Shown in pieces: positions 61,876 to 64,000 of a DNA stretch of 64,000 nt. A program made the translations under genes and the position numbers. The DNA lies in contig NC_086108.1 of the NCBI RefSeq assembly GCF_963921235.1, positions 82,834,001 to 82,898,000 of the forward strand. The letters are read 5' to 3'. Every line of letters begins with the position of its first letter. Positions within the stretch are counted from its first letter, which is position 1. This stretch comes from Mobula hypostoma. Its lineage: Eukaryota. The notes below the pieces were generated by a model, which worked only from the letters and a program-made list of their open reading frames with translations, was not told the DNA's origin and ran no database searches.

Positions 61876-64000
61876 GTCATATTTAATATACATTTACCAC
61901 TGTAATTCATTTGTTTATTTTCTTCTATATTTATCATGTATTGCATTGTACTGCTGTCACTAAGTTAACAAATTTCAGGACAGATGACGGTGATAATAAA
62001 CCTGATTCTGATAATAATGTTGATGTTGATAGTTTAATGTCCACTATTTAATTAATCATGTTTAGAATTGTTGGCAACTGATTCTATTAAGATTTGAAAG
62101 TTTATTCATTGTAGTTAGCAGAAATGTTAATAAATGAATATAGGACAATATTGTTAAAATAAATCATAATATGAAAGATTCAAACTACTTATGTTGGTAC
62201 AAGAGTTGAGATATTAATCTCCTGAAGGCACTTACTTTAAATTTATTACGTTTATAACTTAGAGCATCATTGATTACATGGCAGAGAGAAGAGAAATAGT
62301 ACGAATAAGAGTTGAAAATTTTCAGAAGAGGTCTGTGCGAAAACTGGCTTTTCTAAAATAATATTTTGCTTTTAAAAACAACCAAATGCATTTACATAGC
62401 ACCTTTAACATAGCAACATATTAAGATACTTTAGAGGAGCCTAATTATGCTCAAATTGATCGATTCAAGACAAAACATAGATAAATAGATAAGCAAATGC
62501 TTGATCAAAGCACTACATTCTACATTTGCAAATTTTATGAATAAAGCCCATAAAAAAATTCTGGTCGAGGCAATGCTCTCTCAGACCCTCCAATTATGAC
62601 GCAAAGATCCTTGCTTGCTCTTCCATCCTCAGGACCACCTAACTCTGCTCTCCACATACCATTATGCTGCATTGGCACATATTGGCTATTAAATTGAATA
62701 GCTTTCTTTTTTTTTTGCAGCAGAACTCCCTCCAGTAAAATCCCAGCTATTTGAAGAGATATTCATATAACAAACACATTTTTATGAGCAAAGATCATAA
62801 AAATGCTGGGAGGAGTTGCTTTTTAAGCAACAACCTCTCATTCATGAACACATATGTAAATGACCATGCTCAAACGTATGCTTACGCAAGCTAACATGCA
62901 TACACGAATCTCCCCAGTAATGTAAAGTGCTATTGCTCTAGCCTTATGGCACTACCTCTTAGTAACACTGCAACATTATTATTTTCTCAACCATCATTAC
63001 TAGCGATTTCAGAAGGTGACTAACTCATTAACTTTTCACACTAACAGGCAGAGCAGAGGTTTTGCGGTTCCTGGTGATCTGAATGTTGCAGTTAAATATA
63101 CACTATGCAGATGCCTTCAATCCAGAATATCACGGTACAATGTACTTACCTTCATCCTACCTGATCAAAGACTTTTTTGGTTTTAAGTGAAATCACAGTG
63201 ACTAGGATTTGCATGCTACCCATGATTGATAAGTTGTCACAATCAACAGCTTTTCCTTAAAAATATGCCTTTGCTCTTTAAAATTTCAAGAAGGATTCAT
63301 TGGTAGTAACAAGATTTTGCAGAATATTACTTCTGTCTCTGAACTTACCCTAATGTTATTCTAGGATATGGCAAAAACCACACTGTTATCATCACTCTTA
63401 TTAGCTGCTATTTCCTTAGCCATCAAAAATTCTGTAAAATAGATTGGCTTCTTGAACACGCACTCAAGAGTTTCACATTAGTCATAAAACCAATATATAA
63501 GCCCTTGTTTTGTGATACACTGTGATATTGGAGTTGCATCATATATCAGCCGTAAAATTTGCTGCCAGATTCCATGTATCTAGAACTAGCTATTTAAACA
63601 ATGTCATGGAGATCTGGAAATTCAGTGGTCATAGTTGAATTTCCATTTCACTCTACCTTCAACTAAGCATCTACCCATCAAGACAACATTTCACACAAAC
63701 CTCTAATAATACTCTCTTGGTATTTTGCCCGTGGAAGCAGATGGTTAAAGAACCGGGATTTTTAAAATATATTTCCTGGAGTTTCTTTTTGCATTTTAAA
63801 GGAGGTTCTGAAGCATTTTGCTCTGTACATTTGCTGGTTTTTGCCATTGCAGTTTTCCACTTGTAAATTTATTTTCCTCTTCTGCTAAAACTTTGCTTAA
63901 TTATTCCTAGTTGCTATTGACTTTTATCCACTGCCTCAAGCAAACAAAGCAGTTAGTAGAAGAGAGAGTGGGCTGAGATCACAAGTTTACATTTCCTGAC

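Overview
Eukaryotic, repeat-rich, apparently intronic or intergenic vertebrate DNA. The repeat set (many CR1 and Rex1/Babar LINEs, HE1-like V-SINEs, Penelope-like elements) points to a cartilaginous fish, probably a ray; this is inference. I found no host protein-coding exon, rRNA, tRNA gene or CRISPR array. Recognisable ORFs are decayed transposon pieces, and the longest ORFs are read-through of G/A low-complexity tracts. Highlights: (1) Penelope-like elements with inverted ends, visible target-site duplications (TSDs) and minimal type-I hammerhead ribozyme motifs, with truncation and inversion junctions clustering at the ribozyme; (2) a 615-bp fold-back mariner derivative with five terminal-inverted-repeat (TIR) copies; (3) a 95-nt hairpin whose loop is complementary to an upstream 12-mer; (4) a solo LTR with a 4-bp TSD; (5) an in-frame internally deleted Rex1 ORF; (6) two large polypurine tracts; (7) TE-free islands resembling conserved developmental enhancers. 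None is demonstrably a new biological system from sequence alone. Boundaries of old repeats are approximate (about 20-50 bp).
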